Assembly: GCA_000165345.1 (NCBI GenBank)
Contig: CM000435.1
Coordinates: forward strand, 1 to 64,000
Length of the DNA stretch: 64,000 nt
Direction: 5' to 3'
Made by a program: the position numbers and the translations under genes. Every line of letters begins with the position of its first letter. The stretch's first letter is position 1. Shown here piece after piece: positions 25,118-38,100 of this stretch. A model generated the notes under the pieces. That model was not told where the DNA came from. It saw only the letters and a program-made list of their open reading frames with translations, and ran no database searches.

Positions 25118-26389
25118 TCAAATAATTTTCAACTTACCTTTTCTTACTCTGAAACCCCTGATCTCATCTTCAATATTGGATTCAATCTTGGGTAATGGAT
25201 TTGGTAAATATCTAAAGAATGATATTAATACAAGTAATCTTGCAATTTGTCTTGGCGACTCTTTTGTATACTTATGAATCTTTTCTTTAACTTCTTCCCA
25301 AGTTTGAGAAGGAAAACATGTCATTGCCACATCTTTTAGAATATTTACTGATCCATTTGGATTTTGAAGAATTTTTAAAAGTTCGTCAGTTTTTAATGGT
25401 TTTAAAGAATCCTTTTTAATTACATGATTTCTTAGCAAAATTTCAATAGTTAATATATCACGAAGTTGCATCATTGAAAGGGCTGGATCTTCTACAGTAA
25501 TTTCCATTATATCTTCGTCTTTTATTGCAAAGCTATAAATAATATCCAGAAATGAACAACCTAAACCTTTTCCTTGGTACTGAGGAAATATCAAAACTTG
25601 AGAAATTCTAATTCTAGATTTGGGAATTGAAAAAAATAAATATGTAGTAATTAAACCTAAAATGATAAGTGATTGTTCTCTTTTGACAGTAGGGAGCCAA
25701 ACTGCCCACCTATCTTCTTGATCAATAGAAGAAGCGGATTCAATATACCAATGGAGGAACCACTCAATTCTCCTGTGTAGAATTTGAAAGTTTTTAACAT
25801 CAGGATGAGGCTTAGAACTATTGGATTCCTTATTTAGGCAAGAAGTCAGATTTTCGGTTTCAGATAAATCTATTTTTCTTAAATCCACTTCCTCAATCCC
25901 TTCATCTCGAAGCCCTGCCTTAAATATGCCTGCTGATGTTCCAGGAACCCATAATAATGGAATCTTCAATCTTTCCATAAATTCTTCTTTGGAACAAAAT
26001 CCACCCTCGAGAGGAATGGTTTTTAACTGTTTAATAATATTTTCTATATAGTAGTTCTTGTCCTCCTCACTTAACTCAATATGCTCTTTAGACTTGCTTT
26101 TTATTGCAGTTAAATCTACTTCCACATATACATCAAACCAATTGCAAGAGAAATAAATGTGAATTAGCGTATTATAACCATCTAGCAACGCAATTTCCTC
26201 ATTGTGAAAAAAATGATGAGCATAATATGGAGCATAAGATCCTACTTTATTTTCAATAAAGTCGTTCAATGTCTCACATGGATGAAGTAAAATTTTATTC
26301 AATACATTATCAATTTTAATTGGAATGGATAGCTGTGAGTTAGGCTCTTCGTTGAGCTTTACTCGTTTATTAGGGTTTATATCATCCAT
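25118..26389 (-). CDS. HAT1: Histone acetyltransferase type B catalytic subunit (HAT1 family, GNAT fold)
   Basis: RISQVLIFPQYQGKGLGCSFLDIIY ... ITVEDPALSMMQLRD matches HAT1 acetyl-CoA-binding core (RISQMLILPPFQ.KGYG ... EDP); N-terminal HAT1-N-like region. Confidence 0.75.
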   Translation of the reverse strand: MDDINPNKRVKLNEEPNSQLSIPIKIDNVLNKILLHPCETLNDFIENKVGSYAPYYAHHFFHNEEIALLDGYNTLIHIYFSCNWFDVYVEVDLTAIKSKSKEHIELSEEDKNYYIENIIKQLKTIPLEGGFCSKEEFMERLKIPLLWVPGTSAGIFKAGLRDEGIEEVDLRKIDLSETENLTSCLNKESNSSKPHPDVKNFQILHRRIEWFLHWYIESASSIDQEDRWAVWLPTVKREQSLIILGLITTYLFFSIPKSRIRISQVLIFPQYQGKGLGCSFLDIIYSFAIKDEDIMEITVEDPALSMMQLRDILTIEILLRNHVIKKDSLKPLKTDELLKILQNPNGSVNILKDVAMTCFPSQTWEEVKEKIHKYTKESPRQIARLLVLISFFRYLPNPLPKIESNIEDEIRGFRVRKGKLKII

Positions 26390-26868
26390 TCTGCTTTAAT
26401 TACTTTTAGAAACTTCTCCTAAAACGAAGAAAAATGTATTATTTATAATTTTTTTAATCTGGTAACTATTTTCAACTAGATTAAATTTCCCACAATTTGT
26501 TTGCATTTGGCGGTAAACAGTCGTTAAATTAAATTATTTATTTTGCATGCATCAACTTTTGAGAAATTAATTGAAATCATTCAACTGAAATTGATACCGT
26601 TTCTCTATATATTTAGAAACTTGAGTTACCAAATGCATGTAGATATGATATCATGGATTCATAACATTTTGATGATTTCTTATATACAATAGTTAATTTT
26701 CTAATTTCAAAAATTTAATGTTTGCTCGGATTATGATAAATTTATAAAAACAGCTAGACACTGTTTAGACTTCCCTACGTAAACATCTGCTTTAATTGAT
26801 AGAGGTATTTGTCAATTTTTTGGAGGTTTTTATGAGGTAAAGGTTTTTTTCTACTTATTTTCCTTGTA

Positions 26869-28514
26869 TTGATGTATAATGTAGCAATACTTTTACCAAG
26901 CTTGGACTATCGTAACAATACAAATGGAGCAATTAATAGAGCTTCCATGGGAATTCTTTGGGAACAGATCAGTTGGCTAATTACGGTATTCTTGGCAGTT
27001 ACTTTTTCTATTTTTTCGATCGAATCAAGGTTAGTTTATTATTATGAGTTGCCAGTGCTAAATATTACTTTCTCAGGTATGTATGGTGCTTATGCTTGTT
27101 ACCACCAATATTATATGACTTTTCGGTTGTATTAATGGGGGTTGGAGTATTAAGACTAACAGTTTCTTGGTGTTTGTTAAGTGATGTTGTAATTCGAATT
27201 GTACACATTATTGGGCTATTATCACGTGGTATTTCTTTGGTAATGTTAATAAGTTATGCAATAATCGGAATTCCAGACTTAGAGATTCCTTTGGCTTTGA
27301 TTACTGGTGCAGTTATCTTCCAAGTATTATTTGCAAGCCTATCAAGCTCATTAAGATGCCCATGGGTGATATTACGATTTCTCTTTATTGATATTTGGAT
27401 TGGATTATTACTATTTCAAATTTTTCTGAGAATTTCATCAGAAAGCAAGTATTATCGCGAAATATCAAAAGACCATTTTACTTGGGAAACTTCATCTCAA
27501 TTTCATGGAAATCTCACGAGTATTGCCGAGAAATTTCAGCAAATTCCGTCTTGGTGGGTTGTTTTTTGGCCTTGTTGGTTTTGGTGTGGAGTCATATTCT
27601 CCTTTTCGACGGTTTTTTGTGTTCTTGGGGTAGCTGACAGAATGCTAGCTATATTTGGAGTTTTTCTTGGTTGCTTATCTACAACTATACTCATAACTTG
27701 CTTAGATCTAGCAGATTTTCTCAATGATACTATTTATCTTAAAGAAAACAAGTATGCTGTAAGTTACCACGTATATGAGCAGAACTCACATATCAGGTTA
27801 TGGCATATTTGTATTATCTGCACTCAGACAATGATTGCAGTAATGTCTGCTGTTATTTCGCAAGGATTGATTCAGGAATCTGATGAAGGTTTCTCTTTAA
27901 GTTCCACAGATGATCATTTCATTACATCTAATATAAAGCAATTTAAAAAAATGATTTCTCCATATAAGATAGGATCTGAAGTTATTCTTACAAAAATGGG
28001 TACTGGCGTTTTTCATAAAATAGAAAATCAGAGTAATAATACATTATCTCAAGGTTATTCAGATTCTAAAGAATTGCTAAGCTGTGAAGCAATTTCAACG
28101 CATACATTATCTACTGTAAATTCTCCCACAAGCACTAATTCTCTTTCACCTATATTGTCTCATACCCCAAAATCAAAAAGGGAATCTTTTTCAGATTCAA
28201 ATTGCACGCTAACTCCATATGATGATAATCACGAACAAGTATGCATTATCTGTTGTGATAATAATTGTGAATCAGTATTTCTTCCATGTGGACATGGTGG
28301 ATTATGCAGTAACTGCGCTCTAAGAGAGTTCTATAGGGTAAGTTATTTTTTTAACACAATTTTCTAAATTATACTGTCTAATAAATTAAAGATTGGTCTT
28401 TGCCCTACATGTAGACAAGCAACTTCTGCTATAGCTACCTATAGAAGTCAAAGGAGAAAGTATAACTACTCGAGCAAGATTAATGCAGTAATCATTGCAA
28501 CTCAAGATCTTTGA
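26869..28514 (+). CDS. Multi-pass membrane RING-type E3 ubiquitin ligase, 3 exons: join(26869..27029, 27077..28337, 28392..28514)
   Basis: Intron 2 (GTAAGT 28338...AG 28391, 54 nt) joins ...CIICCDNNCESVFLPCGHGGLCSNCALREFYR to IGLCPTCRQATSA..., completing a C3HC4 RING. Intron 1 (GTTAGT 27030...TCAG 27076) joins frame of ORF 26869 to ORF 27096; ~8 hydrophobic helices. Confidence 0.7.
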
Positions 28515-28602
28515 TACTTTGCTTCCATCAAAACAAAATAAGATGAATTTATTTCTTTTTTATTTTTTCAACCTTTTTTGCAAAATCTAATTATTCGATA
28601 CC

Positions 28603-28612
28603 TTTGGCGCCA
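28603..28612. promoter_or_regulatory. E2F/DP-like palindromic box TTTGGCGCCA upstream of GPN2 (representative of a family; see findings)
   Basis: Exact palindromic GGCGCC core flanked by T/A runs, 60-90 bp 5' of start codon. Confidence 0.5.
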
Positions 28613-28674
28613 TATTTTTGACACTTAGAATTTCTAATTCCAAGTTCTTTTATTAACCTTGGAATTTAAATTTC

Positions 28675-29700
28675 TTGTATGAATTAAGACTTTGTTTAAG
28701 AATGACACTCTTTGGTCAGGTATTAATCGGACCTCCTGGTTCAGGTAAAACAACTTTTGTCCATGGAATGCACCAGATGTGTACTGCACTTAATAGGCCA
28801 AATATTATTGTCAACCTGGATCCTGCAAACGAAAATGTCCCTTATATTCCTGATGTAGACGTGCGAGATCTGATAAACTTTGAAAATGTTATGAACGAGC
28901 ATAAACTCGGCCCTAATGGAGCTCTGGTTTATTGTATGGAATATTTGCAAGTTAATATTGATTGGCTGATTGATGGAATACGAGCCAAAAGAAAGAATTC
29001 TTCATATATTCTAATAGATATTCCTGGTCAAGTTGAGCTTTATACTCACAACTATGTTTTAAGAGAAATCCTTTCAGTATTGGCAAAAGACCTTGATACT
29101 CGTCTAACTGCAGTACACCTGATTGACAGCACACTTCTATCATCTCCAACAAATTATATTTCAGCATTGTTAGTCTCTCTCTCTGCTCAAATGTCTATAG
29201 AGCTTCCATATTTGAATGTTTTCTCCAAAATTGATCTTTTGGAACATTTTAAGGATGATTTACCATTCAAATTGGAATATTTCTCTCAGTTAGAGGATTT
29301 AAATCAACTTTTGACATTCTGGAAGCACGAGTCGAATATGGGTGATCATCCATTATTTCTCAAATATAAGGGATTTCAAAGTGAGCTTGTAGATTTAGTT
29401 GAGGATTCCAGTATTATGCAATTTATTCCAGTAGATATCAATGACAAGGACTCAGTTTTGCAAATTTTGCAACTAATCGACAAATCTAATGGGTAAGTTA
29501 TTTAAATTCTTAATGATCATATATTCTAATAAAGTAAACTTAATAACTATAGATTTTCTATGTTAAGCGAATACTCTGAATATTCCGCTCTTGGTATAGA
29601 AACAAACATAAATATGCTTCCTAATGAAGAGATGTATGGAACCATTTATGAAAGATACATTGAAAAGTACCAAGAAAATCAAAATTCAAAAGAAAAGTGA
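28675..29700 (+). CDS. GPN2: GPN-loop GTPase 2 (GPN2/XAB1 family), 2 exons: join(28675..29492, 29553..29700); likely start Met at 28702
   Basis: FGQVLIGPPGSGKTT (P-loop), GPNGALVYCMEY (GPN motif), DIPGQVELYTH, LTAVHLIDS; ...DKSNG|GTAAGT-60nt-TATAG|... adds 48 aa, paralleling the DKANGY C-terminus of GPN2. Confidence 0.8.
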
Positions 29701-29890
29701 ATTTAAAAAATTAAAATTGCCAAAGTAGTTTAAAGCTTTAAATAAAACCATTTTACTAATTTGCTATCAAGTGCGATCTTAACTCGAAATATTAGACGTC
29801 TTATTTGAATATTTGCAATAGTTAACAATTAGAATTTATCTTCCTATAACTTATTATTCCTTTCCTCAATGATGCTTTAGAAGTTTTACT

Positions 29891-32629
29891 TTATATACTA
29901 TTTGAATATCTTTGGCCAATGCATATTTGTGCAGCAGCAACAGCTTCTGATAAGTCTACAAAGCAATGAACAAGAGGAATAATATCATAGAATCCAGATC
30001 TGAGTAGAAAACTAGAGTTTGGATGAGAAAATGAAGCAAACCAAAGTTGTATATTAAGTTTCTTTGTCTTGTTGTTGAATCTTTGTAGGACCTGAAGCGC
30101 AGAATAGTCAATTTCATTAATCATGCAGGCGTCTATTATTATTATTCTTTCTACATGATTTTCATTAAGATCTTGTATAATTGTAGGAATTCTCTCTCCA
30201 AAATTAATGGAATTTGTAAAGTTAGGGAAATATTGACTCTTAGTTAGATACTCATCAATTGAATCTTCTTGGTAGTTCTTGTTTGAAATCCTTAAATCTT
30301 CGTCCAACCAAACCTCGACCATTTCTTCAAGGTTTTTAACAAACCTTTCAGCATTAATAAATGTTAAAGGACCTTCGAATCTTGCAATACGAACATATGG
30401 AAGCTGAACAGCTTGAGGAAATTTGTCCAAACTTTTAAATATTAAAGTACCTGGTAATTTACCTAAAATTTCAAATTTGGGCCTGTATAAAAATTTTATG
30501 AGATAAATAACTGAAGAAGTTAGGGCAAAAATAATTCCATATGTTATTCCTGCAGTAACTGTCCCAATAAATGCTATCATCCAGAAAATGGAATCAATGC
30601 TCCTCATTTTCAGGAGTTTTATGAAGTATTTGATGTTGACCATCCTTATCATTGCTTGAGAAATGATCGCTCCTAATACTGCCTCAGGTAAAAACCTTAT
30701 ATATTCAAGTAGAAACATTGCAACCAAAAGAACTCCCATTGAATATGCAATGTTATGAAGGGGGGATTTGACTCCAAGAGTAAAATTCAAATTTGTCCTT
30801 GCTAGAGATGCTGCGCCAGGAAGACAATTGAAGAAAGCCCCAACAATATTTATAACTCCAAGAACAAGTATTTCTGTTCCTACTGAAAAAAGAGATCTAG
30901 GCTCAATATGTTTTTTCTTTGAAGGTTGATAGTTTTTTATTATTGCCTCAGTCTCCTTTATTTTTTCTACATTGTTCTCGTCCAAAGATGAGTTTTCAAA
31001 GGAAAACTTGTGAAGTGTTTCTGAAACATTGCTTGAGCTATTAGTATTAAGCATAAAGCCCTGGCAGTCTTCATTCTCCGAGTCATGTGAGTGGGGTTTG
31101 CTATTTATTGTAGTTATTGGGTTTGGAATAGATGATTTTGAATCAAACCTAATGCTTAAAGAGACCCTTCGCTCTTTATCCCAAATAATAGAGGAAGATT
31201 TAGAAGAGGTTGGCGAAGCTAGCGACTGGAAGGAGGACGGAGAAAGACTCGAATTCAAATTATCTACTGAATCTAAATCTCCCTTTGAAATCTCCAAAGA
31301 AGATTGTGTGCATTTTCTTTGATCTGTTTCCGGGCTAGTCTTTGTTTCTGATATTACTTGCCCCGAAAACTGAAATGACGTTGAGACAGTATTTATATTT
31401 CTTTCTATATTTTGCTTTCTATCATTTATGAGCCTGGCTCCATCTTTTTCATTTTGGACATTCATTTCCTTCAAATTAGATTCACTTTCTTTAGGTGTTT
31501 CTGGCAATTTATGAGCTCTAATCTCCATGCTTTGAGCAGCAGAGTAATGGGTAAAAAATGAAATGAAGGTAAGAGGAAGAGCAGCTATCCATGCCCTTGC
31601 AAAAAATGGAAGAGAGCTGATTCCACTTGGCTGGGGAAGCGTACCTGGGGGTTGAGTCCAAATGATATTATTAGGAATGAGAAGGCTAGATTTGGGAATT
31701 TTGCCAATGATGGGAATATCAGGAGAAGCAAAAGCACTTGCAACGTTTGCCATTATTATTACTACCAACTGAGAAGGGAATGGGAAGTTTGTCTTGAAAA
31801 TGTTTTTGACCCACAAAATAGCTTCCAGAAAAAATATAGTAGAAATAGAGAAAATAGTAGCATGCCAGTTGGTATTTGACAGCTTATCCAATAATAAGAA
31901 AAATGCTTTAATCGGAACACAGTTAGTGCTTGGAGGCTCAATTGCAAGCATAAAAGGGAGTTCCTTTATAATAATCGAGCATGCGACTCCTGAAAGAAAT
32001 CCTTGTAATACAGAATCTGATAGAAAGTCAACAAAGTGAGCCAATCCAAAAATTCTTAAAAGACAGCAGGAAATTCCATGGAAGAAAATGACCACAGAAC
32101 AAACTTCTGATCTAACATCAAGAGGGGCTCGGTTCCCTATTAGAGTGTCAATCGCTGTGCCTGCAACGATAGATTCCACAGAATTTACCCCAATAGAGAT
32201 ATATAGAGAAGACCCAATGAATAAATAGATAATTGGTTGTAAAATTCCATTACAGAGACCCATAGATGGAACTACATTAGCTAAAGAAGAGTATGAGAGA
32301 CCCTGCGGAATAGAAAGCGCTGCCTCTGCAAGACCACAAAAAAAATCGCAAATTACATTTGACCAGGTCCATTTTACTTGCTTTAGATATTTTATTCCAA
32401 TTAAAGATTCATTCTGGAAAAATGAACGAATGGATTTGATAATAATTGATAAAAAACTTCTCCAACCACTTTTACTTCTTCTGTGAAATCTGTTGTGAAG
32501 CTTAAAGTCATTATTAATTTCCTCATTCCTATGTTGATAAAGCGTGAGGAATTCATCCCACTCTTTTGTTAAGCCACTCTTATGTTTAGTCTCTGTATCA
32601 TTTATTATTTTCTTATTATTCTCATCCAT
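29891..32629 (-). CDS. Sulfate permease / SLC26 (SulP) family anion transporter with C-terminal STAS-like region and large low-complexity insertion
   Basis: 912-aa ORF with ~10 TM helices; SLC26-type N-terminal core (GLSYSSLANV..., ...AGITYGIIFAL...) and STAS-like C-terminus. Confidence 0.7.
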   Translation of the reverse strand: MDENNKKIINDTETKHKSGLTKEWDEFLTLYQHRNEEINNDFKLHNRFHRRSKSGWRSFLSIIIKSIRSFFQNESLIGIKYLKQVKWTWSNVICDFFCGLAEAALSIPQGLSYSSLANVVPSMGLCNGILQPIIYLFIGSSLYISIGVNSVESIVAGTAIDTLIGNRAPLDVRSEVCSVVIFFHGISCCLLRIFGLAHFVDFLSDSVLQGFLSGVACSIIIKELPFMLAIEPPSTNCVPIKAFFLLLDKLSNTNWHATIFSISTIFFLEAILWVKNIFKTNFPFPSQLVVIIMANVASAFASPDIPIIGKIPKSSLLIPNNIIWTQPPGTLPQPSGISSLPFFARAWIAALPLTFISFFTHYSAAQSMEIRAHKLPETPKESESNLKEMNVQNEKDGARLINDRKQNIERNINTVSTSFQFSGQVISETKTSPETDQRKCTQSSLEISKGDLDSVDNLNSSLSPSSFQSLASPTSSKSSSIIWDKERRVSLSIRFDSKSSIPNPITTINSKPHSHDSENEDCQGFMLNTNSSSNVSETLHKFSFENSSLDENNVEKIKETEAIIKNYQPSKKKHIEPRSLFSVGTEILVLGVINIVGAFFNCLPGAASLARTNLNFTLGVKSPLHNIAYSMGVLLVAMFLLEYIRFLPEAVLGAIISQAMIRMVNIKYFIKLLKMRSIDSIFWMIAFIGTVTAGITYGIIFALTSSVIYLIKFLYRPKFEILGKLPGTLIFKSLDKFPQAVQLPYVRIARFEGPLTFINAERFVKNLEEMVEVWLDEDLRISNKNYQEDSIDEYLTKSQYFPNFTNSINFGERIPTIIQDLNENHVERIIIIDACMINEIDYSALQVLQRFNNKTKKLNIQLWFASFSHPNSSFLLRSGFYDIIPLVHCFVDLSEAVAAAQICIGQRYSNSI

Positions 32630-33466
32630 TTAGATCGATATCTTGAACCTGATCCAAGTTTTATTGCGCATTAATCCGTACTCTACAGTTATCTGATAAG
32701 AATAAGGACTATCAAAATCTCATAATAGGTGGAAATCCAACATTAAATCAATCAAAACTAAACAGAAAATTTGTTTTATATCCTTAAAAATTATTTTATA
32801 ATCCGAATTTCTATTATAAGCTTTGTGTTCCCTGATTTTATTTTTTTTCCATTGCTTATTTACGTTAAGTGCGTTACCTTGCAAATGCGTCAGTGTCTAC
32901 TAAAAAAATGTTAAATTAGAATTGTTTTAAAAATGAAAATAATAATAAATTGATGATGAAAAACATCTATTCAGGATAATGCATATCTTCCATAGATTTA
33001 TTTTGTTTTTGTCTCGAGGTCAAATCTTAGTTTTAGGAAGTTGAAATACGTTGTATATTTTGCGGAATTAGATCTTAAACTTGAATAACTGATTAGCAAA
33101 AAAGCAGATAAGTAAAATTTGTGTGTTAAATGCGAAATTTTAGATTTCATGATTTTATTTCATGCATTGCACGGCTCTTGGAGGCCGTATTAGGCGATGG
33201 TTTCTGGGTATTTCAGCTTACGTAGGCTTCTTGGATTGGGGGCTCAATAATGACAAGGTAATAAGCTGTGTAAGGAGGTAGAACTTAAAAAAGAAAAGGA
33301 TAGAGGTCTGATAAAGTTATAAAAACCATACAGGAAATAGGTTCTATAAAGAAGAAGAAGGAGTTAGAAGATAAGTCATAAAAATGGGAATAAAAAGCAA
33401 ATTTTCCCAAACCCAAAATTGTTTATAAATATAAGACAAAGTAATATAGTTGGTGGCTATTAATAC

Positions 33467-34468
33467 CTACGAGATTTCTTGAATCTCATCATCATCTTGA
33501 AACATTTCAGAATTATCCTGCTCATCATCTAACCCAATAATTTCAATTACAGAGCTTCCAAAAGATTGAGAATTGTCGTTTCCTGGATTCATACAACTTT
33601 CATACCTGGATCTACTAAGCGCATATTGAAATAGGATATCTTCTAGAAGTTGGAATCTGGATTCAGGGCTTCCAGAATTCAAGGAGGCTCTAGCAGCAGC
33701 CAAAAATGTAGAAATGAGTAAGTGTTTGGATTTGAGGTGCTGTAAAAAGCGCTTGCATTCAACCTCAGCATTTTCATCTCCAATATGAACGCAGATAGGA
33801 CACATGGTAGTCATATGGTTACTTTCTTGTTGAGTTTCTGAATATTCGTCTTTGTGCATAGTCTCACAGTGACTAATTAAGGATTCTACGTTATATTTCA
33901 AGCAAGAGCTGTTGGGTATTTTTGAATTCATGAGACATAAAGGGCAGACAAAGGTAGGACCAGTCGTGTTAGAGGTAGTGCGAGTGTTAGAAGGGCCATT
34001 ACTACTTTGAGCTTGAAGATCGTTGTTTACAAAGCTTTGTTTGCTTAGAGAGGCAATCAATTTACTCTCTGAGGTTGGAGAATCGTCTTCTTTGCAGTAG
34101 GAGCATTTAGAAGCGTGGCTATTTGCCTCAGATATAGAAATTTCAGCTCCGCAGTGACATTTAGTCTTTGTCTCATTCATTGACCTTAGAATGCTTTGAT
34201 CCACGAGTTGGTCACTTTTTGACAACCAAAGTTCTTCTTTTAGTAAAGACCGACAAATCGGGCATTCATGAGAGCCCCTGACACACGAAATGCAAAAAGA
34301 ATGAGAGCACGAAAGTGTACAAGGATCTACGAATGCTCCAAGACAAATTGGACACATGAATTGTTCTGGGATTTCAATAAAATCCTTGCTCACATCATTT
34401 TTATCTGTGTCAAGGGCCAGATCAGAGGGTCTTGAAAAGGAGGAAAAAATGTTAGTCCATTCAAACAT
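33467..34468 (-). CDS. RING-HC E3 ligase with additional C2HC/C2H2 zinc fingers (RNF114/125/166-like architecture)
   Basis: CPICLGAFVDPCTLSCSHSFCISCVRGSHECPIC (C3HC4), then CHCG...HASKCSYC, CPLC...H..H, CPIC...H...H. Confidence 0.65.
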   Translation of the reverse strand: MFEWTNIFSSFSRPSDLALDTDKNDVSKDFIEIPEQFMCPICLGAFVDPCTLSCSHSFCISCVRGSHECPICRSLLKEELWLSKSDQLVDQSILRSMNETKTKCHCGAEISISEANSHASKCSYCKEDDSPTSESKLIASLSKQSFVNNDLQAQSSNGPSNTRTTSNTTGPTFVCPLCLMNSKIPNSSCLKYNVESLISHCETMHKDEYSETQQESNHMTTMCPICVHIGDENAEVECKRFLQHLKSKHLLISTFLAAARASLNSGSPESRFQLLEDILFQYALSRSRYESCMNPGNDNSQSFGSSVIEIIGLDDEQDNSEMFQDDDEIQEIS

Positions 34469-35118
34469 TTCAATTTCAAAAGCTCCACCACATTCAACCT
34501 CTTATTTCAGTTGGAAATAAATACAGAATTTTTGCTTTTAATAATTAATTACACCTAGATTTTGAGACCGCGCGCGCGTTTCCCAGAATACACGTTGTGC
34601 TGCAGCTACCAGTTGCATCTCCGCTCGCGGAAATACTGGTAAATATAATTAAACAAGTTGAGAGCGGAAGGGAAGTAGTTAGTTTGTGGGGAATATTGTT
34701 TTTTTGTTATTTTTCATATTGTAACTACATTTTAGCAGAACCTCTAGAAGGCTATAAATAGATAATGCGAATGAAAAGTACGGTCTGTGAGTGCTTAGAT
34801 AATCTTAAGATAACTGTAAAGGGTTTAGTTAAAAGGGAAAATAGTGTTTAGCTGCTTTATGCCTTAAAATTATAAACTCTCAATATCTAGTTGATATTTT
34901 AGATAATTAAAAAAATTAAAAAAATATTTTCCTATGAAAATAATAGCTGGAGAATTGGCGGTAAAAATGGGTATATCTCCAACGAATTATCATTTAAATT
35001 AAATTAAAGAATTGGTGGGGCTAGAAGACTATGTAAAGGAATTTATATAGTAATCGGTAGAAAAGGAACTTATTTATTGAATAATTGACTGAGAAAGAGA
35101 GATAGAAAGAGAATTATT

Positions 35119-38100
35119 ATGAAATTAAGAATAGCAGCATTTAAGGTGCTGGTAGTAGTTAAGCTACTTTCGATTCTAGGTTTTGGGACTAATTATGGGC
35201 TTGTTAACGCAGATAAAAAAGTTAGTGTGAGCGAAATAGTATTTGAGAGCCCAATAGAAACTTTGGAATGGGCAGGTACGGACCATAATGTGGTTATTGC
35301 AAAGACGCAAAAAGGTCATGTCTACAGATCAACCAATAGAGGTAAGAACTGGAGAGATATCACTGATGTTTTTGCAAAGATGACCTCACACTCATCTTCT
35401 TCAAGTCATTCCAACCTAAATGGGTTTTCTGTTAAGTCAATTACTATAAATCCTGTCGACAAAAATGTCATATTGATAGTAGGCTCAAAGCATACCCATT
35501 TTATATCATCAAATGCAGGAGAGACTTTTAGAAGAATATCCCACTCAGGTACTATTCATACATGGATATTTCATCCAAACAAAGCCAAACTCGCTTTATT
35601 TTCTTCTTGGACTGAAGGATGTAACAAATCTTTTCTTCAAACCTTAAAGAAAAGTAGTTCGGCTGGAAATAAGTGTATACATCAATTATTTGTTACAAAA
35701 GATTTAGGTGCTACATATCATAAAGTTATTGACTATGTAGTTCAATTCCATTGGGATGGCAATAACAAATCAAACCAAAATAGGATTTTCTTTACTCACC
35801 ACAGAAAGAAACAGGGAGATCAACCTAGATATGGTGGTTGGATGAAGACCATAGATTTTTCTTATACTGACGATTTTGGTAGTCATATCGAGACTCCAGT
35901 TAAAGGAGGAAATAAATTCTTGGCGTCAAATGGCTATATCTTCGTTGCCAGGATACTTGACTACGAGAGACAAACTGTGTCACTACTTGTATCTACAAAC
36001 GATGCAAATTCTTTTACACAGGTTCAGCTACCGCATACATTGACAGAGAAAAGCTATACTATTTTGGATACTTCAGAAAAGACTGTAATGCTTCATGTTA
36101 ATCATGGAGAAGATTCTTTGAAGGGTACTGGTAATATTTATATAAGTAACTATTTGGGTACCAGGTTTGCTCTGTCTTTATTGAATAACGTTAGAACTGC
36201 AACAGGAGAGTGTGAATTTGATAGAGTTATGTCTTTAGAAGGAGTTTATATTGCTAATGTTAAGGATGATGAACTTGAAAATGACCTTGACCATATTTCT
36301 ACAACTTTACATGAATTTACAGAATCAGAGACAGAGGATGAGGATGTAGAAACTTTAAAAACCGAACATAAAACTAAAATAGGAAAAGTAGATCAGCCAG
36401 TCAGAACTGTAATTACTTTTGATAAGGGTGGTGAATGGAATTATTTAAAAGCTCCAACTATTGATAGTAGAGGAAATAGGATAAATTGTGACGAAAGTGA
36501 TGGATGCTATTTACATCTTCATGGTGTAAGCAATTATCAAAGCTTGGCTCCATTTTACTCTGTTGAGAATGCTGTTGGTATAATTCTTGGAACAGGCAAT
36601 GTAGGTAGCTATTTATCCTTTGACCATGATGATATCAATACCTACATGTCCAGAGATGGAGGTCTCACTTGGCAAGAAGTGCACAAAGGAGCTTTCATTT
36701 ACGAGCTCGGTGATTTTGGAGGTCTTATCGTAATGGCTAATGATCTTAAGCATACGAACCAAGTTATTTTCAGCTGGAATGAAGGTTTATCTTGGTATGA
36801 TTTTGAGCTAGGTAGCAAAACACTACAAGTTGATAACATTTTAATAGAGCCAAATAGCTCTTCTATGGAGTTTTTACTTTATGGTTCAAGGGGTAAATCT
36901 GGAGTCTTATACCATTTAGACTTTAATACTCTTGGACAAGTTCAATGCGTAGGAGCAACAACTCCAGATAGACCGGATTCTGATTATGAGACTTGGAGTC
37001 CATATGACGGAAGGAATTCGGAAAAGTGTATGTTGGGTAAACAACTTGTATACACGAGAAAGAAACAGACAGCAGAGTGTTACAATGGTCAAGACTTTAG
37101 AAGACCCGTGGAAAAGAAGCGTTGTGCATGTTCTGAAGAGGACTTCACATGTGAATTTGGGTTTTCCAGGCAAATTGGTAGTTTTGAATGTAGACCTGAA
37201 AGTCTTGATATTGTTTTTGACGATGTCAAGTTTGGGCAATGCACATCATCTGGAATATTTTATGTAACTGCTTATAGGAAGCTCCCTGGAGACGATTGTA
37301 TTGGTGGTTGGCTACCTCCACCAGTAGCAATACCATGCCCAAGCCACGCTCCCACAAGTTCTCATGCTAGAATTGTCCTGGTGATTGCATTATTTATTAT
37401 TATTTTCATGCTTAAACAGGGAATGTTTGGGGATTGGACTAGATTTGGTGAATTAGGATACGACGCATATAGAAATGTTCAGTATAAAGTATTAGGAGTG
37501 GCAAAAAGAAGGAGTTCTTCATTACAAGGAATTTTGAGTGCTATTTCTGCATATATTAACGGAGATTCATCCAAAGTTGTCTTTGGGTCATCAAATATAC
37601 CAGGGTCTCCCCCCGGTACGAAGAAAAATAACTATACAACTCTAAACAACTTTAATACAGACAACATGTTTATGGAGGATGATGAAGATGAAGACGACCA
37701 TGCTATTGGTAATATGACCAAAATATCTGGAAATATTAATAACATCAAAAGTAACAATTATAACAGTAGAATTGGTTCAGGGTCAAACCTCTCACAAAGG
37801 CAAAGATCAAACAGCAATAATTATATTTCTGCAGGCCAAGATAATGTATCAGTAGATCCAATTTTTGACGATCTTGATGTATTTGAGGAAGACTTGGATT
37901 CGCATGCAATTTTTAATCAAAACAATGGATTGGGTAATTTGAATCCTAACCACGATATTATATCGTCTGAGGCTCCTATCAGTTTTGATAATTTCAATCC
38001 AACAGAATTGGAAATCAATCTATCTTCAATTCCTAATACATCTTTCCCAAAGATCACTCCTCCACCAACAAACAACAATAAATCTAATATTGGAAACAAC

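Noticed and set aside
15952-37239. Numerous 60-125-aa ORFs nested or antisense within large genes (e.g. 15952..16179, 17728..17913, 19078..19284, 22869..23066, 25821..26051, 31029..31322, 36916..37239, 52717..53055, 53767..54177)
   Set aside because: They overlap well-supported conserved CDSs on the opposite strand or in another frame. They are typical shadow ORFs.
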